From: Lama glama
Taxonomy: Eukaryota
Length of the DNA stretch: 64,000 nucleotides
Assembly: GCA_028534125.1 (NCBI GenBank)
Contig: CM052818.1
Span: 44,270,001 to 44,334,000, forward strand
Direction: 5' to 3'
Shown here piece after piece: positions 10,556-23,260 of the stretch; the stretch's first letter is position 1; every line of letters starts with the position of its first letter. The notes under the pieces are model-generated. The model did not search any database. It was not told where the DNA came from and saw only the letters and a list, made by a program, of their open reading frames with translations. The position numbers and the translations under genes are program-made.

Positions 10556-13500
10556 AGCCCAGCTTCCATCGTGACAAAATCACTTTCCAAAAAGCATCGA
10601 TGAGGCTGAGCAAACCTGCCTCAAACAGCATTTCAGTCCTCTAGAAAGCAACCAAAATCATACCACATACATGACGAGCATTGCTTCAGAAAACGAGTGA
10701 ATGTTCTGAAAGGTCAGCAGGAATTTATGGTGTTCTTGCTCAGAGCCACTGCCATCTCCACTCTCAACCCTATCAATAGTTCAAACAGGTTGGCACAGGC
10801 TGTGAAATACAAGCTCTGCTACCACTCCCGAGAGGCCTCACTTGATGTGAGGCGCTGCCAGTGCAAGTGGTGAGGACACAGGAAGTGCAGGTGGCCGAGC
10901 CCCTTTTGGGACAAGCGATGGACCAATGGACCGGGCCGGGAATAAACTGACCGCATAGCCAGGGATTTTACAAGGAGTCCTGGGGGGGTGAGGCAGCCGG
11001 GAAGGGCCTTGGGTTGCCACAAGTCATGCACACACGCAGCAGAGACAGCAGCAGGCCCAGGGCACCTACACATTCCTTTCACACCCTGCATGTTCACTTG
11101 TGCAGAAGAGATGTGACAGGGGAAGGAGCCCGGGCAAAAGAAAAGCCAGAGAAGACTTGCAAATGTGCCCTCCAACCCATATACAGCACACACAAAACCT
11201 TCCATGGGACAGACCATGTACTGGGACACAAATCATGTCTCAGCTATTTTAAAAAGATGGAAATCATACAAAGTCTCTGACATCCATGAAATTGAATTAG
11301 AGACTGACAGAAGAAAGGTAACTGGGAAAATCTCCAGTGTTTTGAAATTAAACAAAACAATACTATAAAACTCACGGGTCAAAAAGAAATCACAAAGGCA
11401 ACTGAAAAATATTTTTAAATGAATGAAAATTGTAAAATGGCATATTAAAATGTGTAGGATGCAGCTAAAGTATTACTTAGAGGTCAATATATGGTTTTAA
11501 ACACCTGTATCAGAAAAACATCTACATCAATAACCAAAGCTTCCATGTAAGAAAGGCAAAGAAGAGCAAATTAAACATGAAGCAAACACAGGGAAGATTA
11601 AAGTCAAAATCAATGAAACAGAAAAAGAAGTTCAATGGAAATGAAGTTATATTTTTGACCAGATTAAGACTGACAAGCTCTTAGCTAGACTGATGCAGAA
11701 AATAGGAGAGCAAAATGGCAAGGAAGGAAGGAAAGAAGGGAGAAAAAAAGGAGGAAGGGAAGGATGGAGGGAAGGAGGAAGAAGGGAGGGAGAGAGGGAA
11801 AATCTGGGAGAAAAAGAGAGATCAGAAAGGAAGAAGTGTCTTATTCATATATGACACAATTCTCTATGTAAAAAATTCTAAGGAATCCCCCACAGAACTA
11901 TTAGAGCTCATAAATGAGTTTAGTAGGACTACAGTATACACTAGCAGTGGACAATTCAAAAATGAAATTGAGAAAATAGTGCAATTCACAATGATAGCAA
12001 GAAGAATAAAGCAGAAAAATTCTAGCAAAAACAGTTCATGATTTATACCCTGAAAACTACAAAATATTGCTAGGAAAAAGTAAAGAAGATGCAAATAAAT
12101 GGAAAGATAGCCCATGTTCACTGATTTGAAGAGTAAATATTAAAGAGAAAGCAGTCTCCCTAAATTGATCTAAAAATTAAACACAATCTCTAGCAATATC
12201 CTAGCAGACTTATTGATAGAAACTGACAAGAAACTGACTTTTATATGGAAGTATGAAGAAGAGCCAAAACAATTTTGAAAATAAAAAGCGAAGTTGGAGA
12301 ACACAACCTCGTTTAAAAACTCACTATCAAGACTCATTGTCATCAAGACAGTGTGGTACTGAAGGAGGAATCAGCATACTGATCAATGAAATAAAATCAA
12401 GGGTCTGAAAATAAACCTTTGCATGTATGGTCAACTGATTTTCAACAAAGATGCCAAAGCAACTCAGGGGTGAAAGGATGATCTTTTTAACAAATGGTGT
12501 TGGGAAAGTTGGAGAAACATATGCAACAAAACAAAATGCCTTAAACTATCATCTCATACCATACACAAATTTAACTTCAAACGGATTATAATTAAATATA
12601 AGAGCTAACGTGACAAAACTTCTACAATAACACGTAGGAAAAAGTCTTTGTGACATGTGGTTAGGCAAAAAGTACTTAAACACAGTATCAAATGATCAAG
12701 CTGTAAACAGAAAAAAAAATGATAAATTGGACTCCATTAAAATTAAAAATGTTTGTACTTCAAATGATGCCACTATGAAAAAAATTTTTAAAAAGCAACT
12801 CATTGGGAAAATATTTGCAAATCATGTATGTGATAGAGGACTTGTGTCCAGACTACGTAAAAACTCATAACTCAATAAGATACCAAACAACCAAAAAAAT
12901 AGTGGGCAAAATACTTGAACACTTAGACATTTCAACAAAGAAGATGTACAAATGACTAATAAGCATGTGAAGAGGTATTTATCATTAGCAATTAGAGAGA
13001 TTCCACAACCATTGACATGGTCACAATAAAAAAGACAGACAATATCAAGTGTTGACAAGGATGCAGAGTAAGTGAAATCCCCACATGCTGCCAAGGGCAA
13101 TATAAAATGGGACAGCCCCATTGGAAAACAGTGTGGAAATTTCTTAAAATGTTAAACACAACTTATCATGAAAACTAGCAACTCTACTATCAGGAATCTA
13201 CCCAAGAGAAATGAAAACAAACATCCACACAAAGACTGGCATGTGAACGTGTTTATTACACCACATACAGTCCATCACACAATAAATGGGTAAAGAGATG
13301 GGTAAATCCACGCAATACAACACTACTCAGCAAGGAACCTCAAAAATACTATGCAAAGTGTAAAGAAGCCAGAATAAAAGACTACATATTATTCATTTAC
13401 ATGAAACATCCAGAAACAACTAACTTATCAGAGACCGAAAGCAAATTAGTATGTGCCTGGAGCTGGGAGTGGGGGTGGGAACTGATTGCAAACAGGTTCG

Positions 13501-13660
13501 GGGAACTTTAGGGGGTGATGGAAATGTTCTAAAACTGGATTATGGTGAAGTTTACACCACTCTATAAATTTTCTAGAACAGTAAATTGTACACTTACAGT
13601 AGGCGAATTTTATGAAATGTTAATTTAAATAAAGCTTTTAAAAAAGCAGATTGGAAGCTG
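10556..13660 (+). mobile_element. Old L1 (L1MB-like): 5' UTR, deleted/decayed ORF2 and 3' end
   Basis: ORF2 endonuclease-end remnant HKTFHGTDHVLGHKSCLSYFKKMEIIQS (~11190-11277). RT remnant LFIYDTILYVKNSKESPTELLELINEFS (consensus LFADDMILY..NPKES.KKLLELINEFS). L1MB-type 3' end ggggtgatggaaatgttctaaaactggattatggtg...aataaagct. The 10560-11160 segment resembles an L1MB/L1M4-type 5' UTR (less certain). Confidence 0.85.
11715..11830. repeat. GGAA/GGAG purine-rich low-complexity tract inside the L1
   Basis: aaggaaggaaggaaagaagggagaaaaaaaggaggaagggaaggatggagggaaggagg..., read directly. Confidence 0.85.
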
Positions 13661-14849
13661 TAAAAACAAAAACAGAAAGCCTCTGAAAACCATCAACTTG
13701 AACATTCTTTGAGTCTTTAATGCTCCATGCGGCTTAGACTCTGGGTCCCAGCTCATTTCAGCCGATTCCCTGAGGTCTGAGACTTTCCAGTGCTGAGAAC
13801 ATTCCACGCCTAGCTTTCCCTGAATTTTTTTTGTTGTTGTTGTTCCACTTGCTAGGCAACATTCACCTCTTTTTGCAACCCATAATTTACACGTTTCAGA
13901 GACAATCTCTTGCCTGTGCCTCCTTCCTGCTTCCAAGTACAAGCAGAGCCCAGCCTCAGACTGACCTACACAATAGCCACTTTATGGTCTAATAATGCTT
14001 TCAGCTGCATTTCAAGCAGAAAGCTCTCCTTGCAGACAAGTTATCATTTTGGGTTATAAAATTTACCAATTAAATTGGGTGCATTTGACCCGATTTAAAA
14101 GAGAAGAAAATGCTCTGGTATTTTCAGATAAGGCCTTTTTTTTTTTTTCCCCCTTGGCAACAGCAGAGCCCCTCTCTCCATTTCCCAGATCCCTCTAGGC
14201 AAGGAAACGTGTTAGCAAAAGAGCTAACTTAGAACCGAGTTTGAATTCAAGCTGACAATGGCTCCCTGAATGTGGGCTCTGTAAGAATCCACAGCTCTGG
14301 GGACGATTGCGACCCTCTGTCCACCTCCCACGCTGATGTGCTGGACAGCTCTACTTGCTGGAGAGAGCGCTCCCCTGGGAACGGACTCTGTCCTTAAGGT
14401 GTGAGGATTTTAACTGCAGAGCCGGAAACTGCTGTATATCGTTGAGAGTCTGATATGTAAATCATACAGCAAAAAGCACCAGGAAGATGCCTGAGCCCAG
14501 CTTTCTGGAGAGCTCTTTATGCTGATTTGAAAGCCTCTCCGCTGTGAAAAGGACCCATCTTCTTTTCCAGTGCATGTCCTGAGCCTGCAGGGTGGCCAAG
14601 AACAGGGCCTGTGGCTCCAACTCAAGTCAAAGAAAATACAGTCGAAAATAAAAATAACTCCATTTGAATCACAATCAGCCTGTCACATCTGTCCCTGGTT
14701 TCATTCTCCGGATCAGATGCAAGTCTTCAAGAGAACCCACCCAATACAACGTAATTGTTCACGTATCTGCGCCCTGGAAAGACCACACGCTTCTCCAGAT
14801 CTGGCATTTTCTCTTGTTGTATTTGGTACCATTCATGTGCTAGAACAGG

Positions 14850-15330
14850 AAGAATTAATTACAGGTCATGAGGAACGAGGGAGAAGAAGGAATTAGGGTT
14901 GTTCTCAGCCTTGCAGCTTGGAGGAAACGGTAGGAGGTGAGACAGGAAACTGAGATGAAGCACACAGGTTCAGAGGAGGCTCTGGGGAAGAAAGGAGAAA
15001 GTTTATCTGTGCCCCGGGGCCCCACGGACAGCCACATGGAGCTGTCACGTGGACAGGCACAGACGTGAGTCTAAAGCGGAACAGAAAGGCCAGGTTTGGA
15101 AGTGAAAACTTTCAAGAGTCACCAGCTTTGTGAGAGATCTAAAGTCATGGCTGTTGATGAGATGGTAACTTGAAAGTCTGTGGAGAGCAGGCATAGAGAA
15201 CTATGAAATCGCGAGTAATCAAAGTAGACAGAAGAATTTAAAGAGTAGAAGAAGTCAATGAAGAGCCAAGAAGGGACTTCAGACTGGAACTTCTGAAAGG
15301 AGTCAAGGAGAAAGTCTGCCTCTGATGAAC
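14850..15330 (-). mobile_element. LINE-2 fragment
   Basis: Purine-rich antisense L2 pattern (gagggagaagaaggaattagg...gaaaggccaggtttggaag...gagtcaccagc...aaagtcatggctgttgatgagat). Confidence 0.6.
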
Positions 15331-16049
15331 ACCTTCCAGAAAGTCATCCCGCAGACCTCTGCCACATGAGGGACGGGCAGTCACCTGGCTGTGTTTGGGG
15401 TTCCGGGAGTTTAACTGCTTCTTACACAGCCTTTCAATTCACCCACCCATCTTTACCCCTATAATCAGAAATACCTGACATCCCCAATTCACCTTCCCGA
15501 GGTTCTGAAAGGCATTCTGGTTTTGCTCTTGCTTTTCCCATTTCTTCTATAGGATTAAGCTTTTCAAATCTATTCAATTCAATGACCCCTTGTCTATCAG
15601 CTTTCCAGATTCCAAGTCTTCTGTTCCATGTTCCTTTCCCATTCTGTTACTCCATGTGATTAATGCCACGTGAACAGTGTTACACGGGCAAATGCCTATA
15701 TTCAAAATGCCACCTTTAAGGGGGATCCAGCTTTTCCTTCAGCTTTTCACAAGTCCAGCTGGTCTTGTCTCAAACACTGAGCTCTTCCCTAAAATCATAG
15801 AAATTGTGCTTCTGAGATGACAAAAGAACTCCTGACGGTGGAGTCGGTCATACCATTTAGACTAGTTATTTCCAGGCAGGCATCTTACTAATATCACAGA
15901 TCCCCAATAAGCGCTTATCCATCAGTTCTGACTGATTGCTGCCAGTAACCAAGATGTTCTTGCCAAATCTCCAGCCAACAGACAAATCCATCCATATTCG
16001 GATCTTTAAAAAAATGACGACAGATACTGCAAGAAATAGCAGTGATGAT

Positions 16050-16210
16050 TTTTGAACAATTGCTCTTTCCAGGCCCTGATGTAGGTGATTTCCACGCACC
16101 ACCTCATTTAGTACCTAGAACAATTCTATTAGATAATTATTAACCCCTCTTAGCAGATGAAGGAAGAAGGGATAAATGATTGTTCTAAGGTTACACCACT
16201 AATTGGTGTC
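16050..16210 (-). mobile_element. MIR SINE
   Basis: acctcatttagtacctagaacaattctattagataattattaacccctcttagcagatgaagg...gttctaaggttacacc. Confidence 0.6.
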
Positions 16211-17114
16211 AACAGGTCTCCCTGAAGGGCAGGGCACTACTGGGCCCAGCCGCTCAGCCCAGCACCTCAGAAGAACTAAGAGCCCCTCAGCCCCGCGCTG
16301 AGCAGGAAGGCTCTGTGCGGGAAGGTGAAGTTCATTTGTCAATTCTGGTTGAGAATCCTGGACCATCATTACTTAATCTGGCTGATGATAAAATACAAAT
16401 TCTGTGGACCCATCCCAGGCATTAAGAAACAGGAGGAGGTACGTCAACAAACAAGACACGGGAAACCTCTCCCCATGCGGGGTTTGTTTGTCTTCTGTTG
16501 GAATAAGACACGGGAACGGAGTCAGGCAGACGGAGCAGAGCAAGACCACCGACCCCGCCAGGCATCTTCTCCCTGAACACAGCGTTTTGAAGTTTGGAGA
16601 ACCTCAGCAGTTCTGGCTGGAAACAGAATATAAACCGTTTGAAGGGCAGACAGCATGGGGCTCCTGCCTGGCAGGGAAAGCAGGAGTCCCCCGTGGGGAT
16701 CCAGGAGACGCTGGATGGACACCCAGCAAGTCGCTCTGCACCCCGTGTCCCTCTAGAATTTGGTTTTGTGTTTCTGAAGGATCCTATGATCTGTGTCAAC
16801 AAGAGTGTTCCTGCCTTTACTCAGCGGTTCCAATACTGAGTTATTCATATTTCCTGATGCACTAGAGATGCGCCAGCAAGACTGGGATTTAGACAATGAA
16901 TGGGGTCTATTTTCCTGGAGTGTCGATTTTATTTACTGGTAAGTAATTTTAAGAATTATTCTTACACCCAAACAAATCGGGTTATGCTATGGAATGGAAG
17001 GCAAAATTCACTGCAGTATTTTTCAAGAGGAAAGGAAACATTTTAAAGAAAATTTTTCAATAGAAGTGAACGCTTGGAGCTCTGATCTGTGGATACTCAG
17101 TCTCTCCTTTAGAT

Positions 17115-17560
17115 GACATTTCATTTATCCATTTTCCCACCATCAGATACTGACCAGGCTTCTGACAGACACCAGGCAGGTTCCTGGGCACCGAGGCTAC
17201 CATGGGAGACATGAGATTCCCATTGTCATGGAGTGTCCAGTCTGGTGGAATAAGAAGATGCACAGAGCTGACCTCAGAGGAGGAAGAAAGAGGGTAACAT
17301 GAGGAGAGTGAGCTGGGGCGGGGGGTGACTTTACCAAAAGGGATGCGGGAAAGCCTCTGCAGGCAGATGTTATTAGAGCCCAAACCTAACTGTTGAGAAG
17401 GAGCCAGCCACGGAGGATCTCGGGGGCGAGCACCCCAGGCAAAGAACAGAGCAAGCAAAACCTCTCTGAGACAGGAGGGAGCCAGTGCCTCCGAGGACAG
17501 AAAGCAGAATGACGTTTCATCCGCGAGGCGGAGGGAAGTGTGTGGGGTCTCCTGCCACGC
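17115..17560 (-). mobile_element. LINE-2 3' fragment
   Basis: Begins with the antisense L2 tail (catttcatttatccatt...ctgaccaggcttctg...ccaggcaggttcctgggcac) and continues with a typical antisense L2 body. Confidence 0.65.
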
Positions 17561-17564
17561 GCTC

Positions 17565-17737
17565 CGGAGATGCCAGCATCATGATCAACGGGTGAGCATG
17601 AGCACAAATGCAGGTTCCCTGGCTCCACCCCACACCTAATATTCCAGAATCTGAGGCAAGGACCCAGGACTTTGTATTTTAAACAGATTTTTCAGCATTT
17701 TCCATATATACACACACACACAAGTTTAAGAACATTT
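17565..17737. mobile_element. MER5A (hAT-Charlie MITE)
   Basis: aaatgcaggttccctggctccaccccacacct...cagaatctgaggcaaggacccaggactttgtattttaaacag...aagtttaagaaca. Confidence 0.7.
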
Positions 17738-20700
17738 TTCTAAAGAAACTAAAACATTTTTGAAACACAGTAATGTCAACTAAGGTGACTCGACTGGGGA
17801 GTTTCTTCATAGATAAGCCCTTGATGTCAACCCAAAAAGAATGGCGGGGCTGTCTTCCAAAACTCTCTCCTCTCCTGGTAAACCAAGTCCTTCTCAGACT
17901 TTCTGCATCTAGTGTAACTTTTCAGGGAATGCTGAAAAGGTGATTGGCTTAGGCAAAACTGAGCTATTATTTCAGAAGAGCAGAGTCCTGTTGAAACTCT
18001 AGGCCATTGTGGCCGCCTGCTCGTAGTTTGGTTCCTGGTATGAAGTAAAGAAGAAATAGGACTGCATTGGGCAACAGCTGTGCTCGGGAATCAACTATCT
18101 CTGAATTTAGAAAATTGCTGTGTTCCACCAGACTATCTTCCCAGCTGGGTAAATGAAGACAAACAGACTCAATTATTATAATTTTGTGCAGTTGCGGGGC
18201 TTTTTCTGCAAAAGTTACAGTATTTCTATATTTTTTACATTAGAGATAAAAAGAGATGAATGACTTCAATTTTCTGGGAACTTCAATTACCGGGCTTGAA
18301 TCATCCCAGAGACAAGAGAGAAGCTGAGAGTTCTGCATACAGATCCATCCTCTTAAAAAGGATGTCCCGAATCAGGAATGCACACAGAGCTGTGGAGTGT
18401 GCCAGGAAACCCAGATTACTCTCATTTGCAGTTATTTCAGGAGTCACCTTTTGATACTTACCACCCTCCCAGGAAGGGGCATGTCTGTGAAATCAGCCAG
18501 AAGACTTGCTCAGATGTGACAGCGACTGTGATTTACAAAGGGAGTCAGAAGCAGCTCAAGATTTCAGTTTCACGTATCTCTCCCCCGTTCTACAGGAGAT
18601 TAAGACGATGGGGGATCAGTTATCACAAAGGGAGTTTAAATGAGACTTGTCATCCAATCCTGGACTATAATAACCAGTGTTTGCGCAGAACTTTCGTGGT
18701 TTAGATAGCATTTTCACTGAGTTTATCCCTTTGACTCCCACTGTGACCCTGGAAGGCTGGACCTGCTTGGATGAGGAAGTTGAGTCTCAGAGAGATTCAA
18801 GATTGCCCCCCAGGACCCAACATGTATCCTCAATCAGGACACGAGATTCTTTCTTTCCCATGCTGTATGTCACAAGGATGTACCAAATTGCCAGGTTTGC
18901 CATCCTCCATGTCTGAGAAAAAACGTTTCACCCACAGAGGTAACCAAGGTTACCACAGAGGTAAACTTGACAGACACAGGAGACCTGAGCTCTCATTACG
19001 GGTTATCTTCCTAGTTGGATATTTCCCTCTCTGGTCCTAATTTAGGAGAGAAAGCAGTCTTGGATGGATGGATGATTTTTATCTGAAATTAATTGATTCT
19101 GAGCTGAAGGACCTTATAGAGTTTGTGCATTAGAGAGTATGTATATATTTTGCATATATATGTATACATTTTGGAGTCTCTATCACTATTTCAGAGAATG
19201 TTCGGAACAGTTGGAATCAATCCTCCCCGTTGGCCAGCGCAATGGACACATGGTTTGAATCGGCCAGCTCTTCAAACAGTTGGGGTCTGACGGATTCCCA
19301 AAGACATTTGGCCCAGCATTTGTCTTCTTTTTATTTATACATGTTTTTAAAATATAGTTTTACACTAGCTTGATTTATACAAAAGCCAGCCGAGAGAATA
19401 AAAGTTCCATTTCTGTTCCAGAGCCAACTTACTGTTGTGAATCAAGTCCACAGAAATGCCCATTTGATGTGTGTGTCAGAGACGCTTTATGCCTGCTGGC
19501 TTTGCAGGCCGGCCCAGGGGGCTCTCGGTCTCCGAGCAGGCACCCAGTGTGACATCATCAAGCAGGGCTCCAAGAGACTGAGAATTTGGGGAGAAAGCGC
19601 TCCTCTAATGTCAGTCTCACGTCACACTTGTGACATATGTGTGTTTCTTTCCAAGCTTTGAGACATATATCTTCCCTCTCAGAGTCAGAGGAATGCCATT
19701 TCTGAGAGACTACAATTTAAGTTTTCAAATTAAGGAACCTAAGATCTTACGAGTGAAATAGGGAATAGCAGTTGGAAGTGAATCTGTAAAAGCCTTCAGA
19801 AATACTGTTGTGGTCACTGACATGGAATACTGCTGGCATAGAAACTGAAGGTAACATGAATGACACCGTATACTTCGTGAGTAAAAATTCAATATAATTG
19901 CATTAATATTTATATCTGTATCTATACATGCTATTTAACGAATTCATTTGATTTTCTTTTGGTGCCTGTATTTCATCTGAACATTCAGTGCTTTTATGAA
20001 TAGAGATTTCTTATCAGACCTTCTGAAAACATTTCCCAAACGCAAACACTGAGGGATTTCATTGTGAACCATTTAACCACATAGTCCTAAAGCTCAGAAA
20101 GACTATCTAAACAGTTTCCCATAAGGGAAATCATGAACCTTGAAGAAGGTCTGGGTTCGAATATATATTCACACAGTAAGTACTCTGGGGCTTTGTAAAG
20201 AATAGAGACAGTTTCTGACTGGAATAATCAAAGGATGGCTTATTACTTCACAATGTAATCCATCCAAGGTTGAGATGGCATCCAGGCTCTCCTTGAAAAC
20301 TAGACAATACTTCAATAAACAAGTATGGGGAAAGGGGTGATTTGGAGGAAGGAGAACTGTAACAGCCAATGGGGGTGCAGTGCCGGGGAGGGGGTTGGGG
20401 GGCAGCGAAGCTGCCAGGCATGCACGAGTTCCTGGAAGAAGGTTCATGGAGGGCAGTGGTGGGAGGTGAGACTAGAGTGAGACTGTATCTTCAGCTGTGC
20501 TTTTCAGAATAAAACATGGGGAGATTTGGAACGGGGGCCACATAGGGGAAGTGTTTCCATCTGAATGTGGCTAGAGTTCCCCACTTGTGAACCAGCTGGT
20601 GCGCTGGTCTGTCTGTTGTGACCTTGGCATTGCCATGACCCCTTTTAAGACCTCAGCCTTGCAGGGGAGGAGCCAGGAACGGCACTTCCCAGCTCCCTTT

Positions 20701-21445
20701 TCTCCTAAGTTTCCAGGTTGCAGGGGTCAGGGAGGGGCACTCCAGAGAGACATGGAAGGTAGGAGAGAAATGGAAGGTGGGAGAGAAGAAGATGCCATGA
20801 TCTGCAGAGGCAGCTCCAGCTGTACGTGCACAGAAGAGGGGGTCAAGGCAGAGTCTGAGCGAGGTTCTGGAAAGCTCTCTATTCACTGCTGCTGACCACA
20901 GCTCTGGAGTGCTTCCCTCCCTCCTTCTCCAGGCCTTCCAGTGCTTCCCTACTTGGAGAGCATCGAGAGCTGTTTCCTGACTGAAAGCTGACTGACAGTA
21001 TGGATGGGAAATGACTGAAAACAGGAAGAGACCATTTAAGGGGCATTCGTCAATCCAGGGTAGAGTCACGAGCTTCAGAACTCAAAGTCGCGCTCTTTTA
21101 GCGCATCTCATCTACTCGCCATGGGTTGTTCAGCCACTCGGAGCCAAAGCACAGCCCCTGTCAGCTTAGTCAGGGCCACTGGGCTCTCGCTTCCTGATTC
21201 CATTTTTAAGCCAATTTCACCTTTGCCCTTTCCTTCACTTGGCTTTACCAGGCTGACCTGTATATCGTACCTATTAACTTCATTGGGCAACATCTTCATT
21301 CAAATCCAGGAGGCACACAGCTTCAGAAAGGGCAATTCTCACCCACCTTGAGAACTGAGCACTTTCTCATGTCAAGATACCAGTCAAGTTCGAGAAGAAG
21401 TCCCACCAGCCCAGTGCATAAAGGGCCTCTTATAAAAGTAAAGCT

Positions 21446-21706
21446 CACAAATGTAGAACACAGACTTATGGCTACCAAAAGGGAAGAGGGGAGGGATAAA
21501 TTAGGAGTTTGGGATCAGCAGGTACACACTACTATATACAAAGTAGATAAACAACAAGGACCTACTGTACAGCAGGGAACGCTATTCAATAGCTCGCAAT
21601 CACCTATAATGAAAAAGAGTATCTGCACATATGTATGACTGAATCACCGTGCTGGACACCAGAAACTGACACAACACTGTGAATCAGCTATACTTCAATT
21701 TAAAAC
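21446..21706 (+). mobile_element. 5'-truncated lineage-specific L1 3' UTR
   Basis: agacttatggctaccaaaaggg...gggataaattaggagtttgggat...ctatacttcaatt. TSD aaaagtaaagct (21434-21445) and aaaagcaaagct (21707-21718). Confidence 0.9.
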
Positions 21707-22759
21707 AAAAGCAAAGCTGATACAGCTCTTCTCAAATGCATCTCTGTTCCAGCTCTGTTGACTCACTTTGAAAACAAGGCATGTCTCCATGCCAAAAGGA
21801 AGAGGCAGGGCCAAAGAATGTGGGCCAGGGAAACTGCATTTCAGAATTAGTTTAATTATTCCACAGGTATCCCAGATACCCTCCCTCACACCACGGAAGT
21901 TTGGTGTAGCAGCCCCATTCTGCCTGTGAGTGGCTCAGGGAGCCTCTGGTGGAAGGTCACAGCCCCGGCTAGGAAGTGGAAGAACCATTTTTCTCAGGTT
22001 CCAGAGTCCACCCAAGAGCTCATGTTCTCCATTTATCAAGTTATCTTGAGACTCAGCCCAGGTGATGAGCTGGTTCCCCAGGCCAATCTCCAGAGATGGG
22101 CACGCGTAAGAGGGCGGACGGAGGTCATGTGTGTGGAAACAGGCGGAGACAGGCTGTAGAGCACACTTTAGATAAGACATATTTTAACTGAAATCCTCTT
22201 CTGCTTCTAAAAACAAGATGGGGAATTGGAAATACATTCAAGGGAGGTACTCCTAATGGGGTCACTCTGCCATCCTGAACCCAATATGGAAAAGTTCTGC
22301 TGAGTAAGATTCACGAGGAAAGGCCAGAAACAGGCTCATTATTTTTATTACCCTTTTAAAGTTTTCGTTTTAATCCATGAGTTATAAAATATGTCCCATT
22401 CCCTGAAATTAAAGAATGGATCAAGACTGAAAAACTGGCCCAAAAAATACACCTGCCGAGGGGAGGTGATGCTTGGTGAGGTCACTTTAAATATACCGGA
22501 CATTTCTACTGAAAAGGCCAGGTTTCCTTTATCACTGCTATTCTCTCTGGAGCGCAGATGCTCGCCAGCCAAATCTCAAAGTGTCCTGAGGTTGAGAAAG
22601 CAAAGTTGGGGAGATCTGAGCAGACGCCTGCAGATCACGCCCTAATCCTCAGGGGTAAGGACTGGCACCTCTGGGGCCCTCCGTGTTGCAAACAAGACAA
22701 TATGGACCCTTCCTAGTCGGAAAAAGAATTTCTTAATTTGGCTTTGCTTTCCTGGAGGG

Positions 22760-23260
22760 CTCCCTATAACCCTTAGAATGAAGCTCAGACAGTGACAAGG
22801 CTTTTGGTGTCCTTTGCACTCTGGCCGCCGTCTCCTTTTCAGCCTCATCTTCTGATGCCCACTCCTCCTCCTTGTGCCCCGCATGACCCCTGCAATCTCT
22901 CCACCACCCACCCCTGCCCTGTCCTCCAGCTTGTAAAGCTTTCTATGCCCCCCAGCGCCTTAAGCTGTGACCTTCTTATGTCTCTGGCAAACCCAGTTGA
23001 ACAACGTCCTTGTTTAAAACTTACCTCCGAAGTGAAAGTTTTTGAAACTTCCCAGAAACAGAACTCCTTTTCCCTCCCTATGGGTTCTCCCTGCTGTCAC
23101 TGAATACCTCACATTTAACGGCAGCGCCTCCCTTATCATCATTTCTTCCCATGTAGCCGTCCAGATCAAGCCAATGCACAGTTCATTCTCAGGGTTGCTG
23201 AGCTGTCAGTGTGTTTGGCACAGTTTAGGCACCTGATTCATAGTTTTTGAATAGTTGTCA
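22760..23260 (+). mobile_element. LINE-2 3' fragment
   Basis: ctccctataacccttagaatgaagctcagac...tttggcacagtttaggcacctgattcatagtttttgaata. Confidence 0.6.

Noticed and set aside
15420..15790. Possible CR1/L3 LINE fragment on the minus strand
   Set aside because: The resemblance is too weak to call without a profile search.
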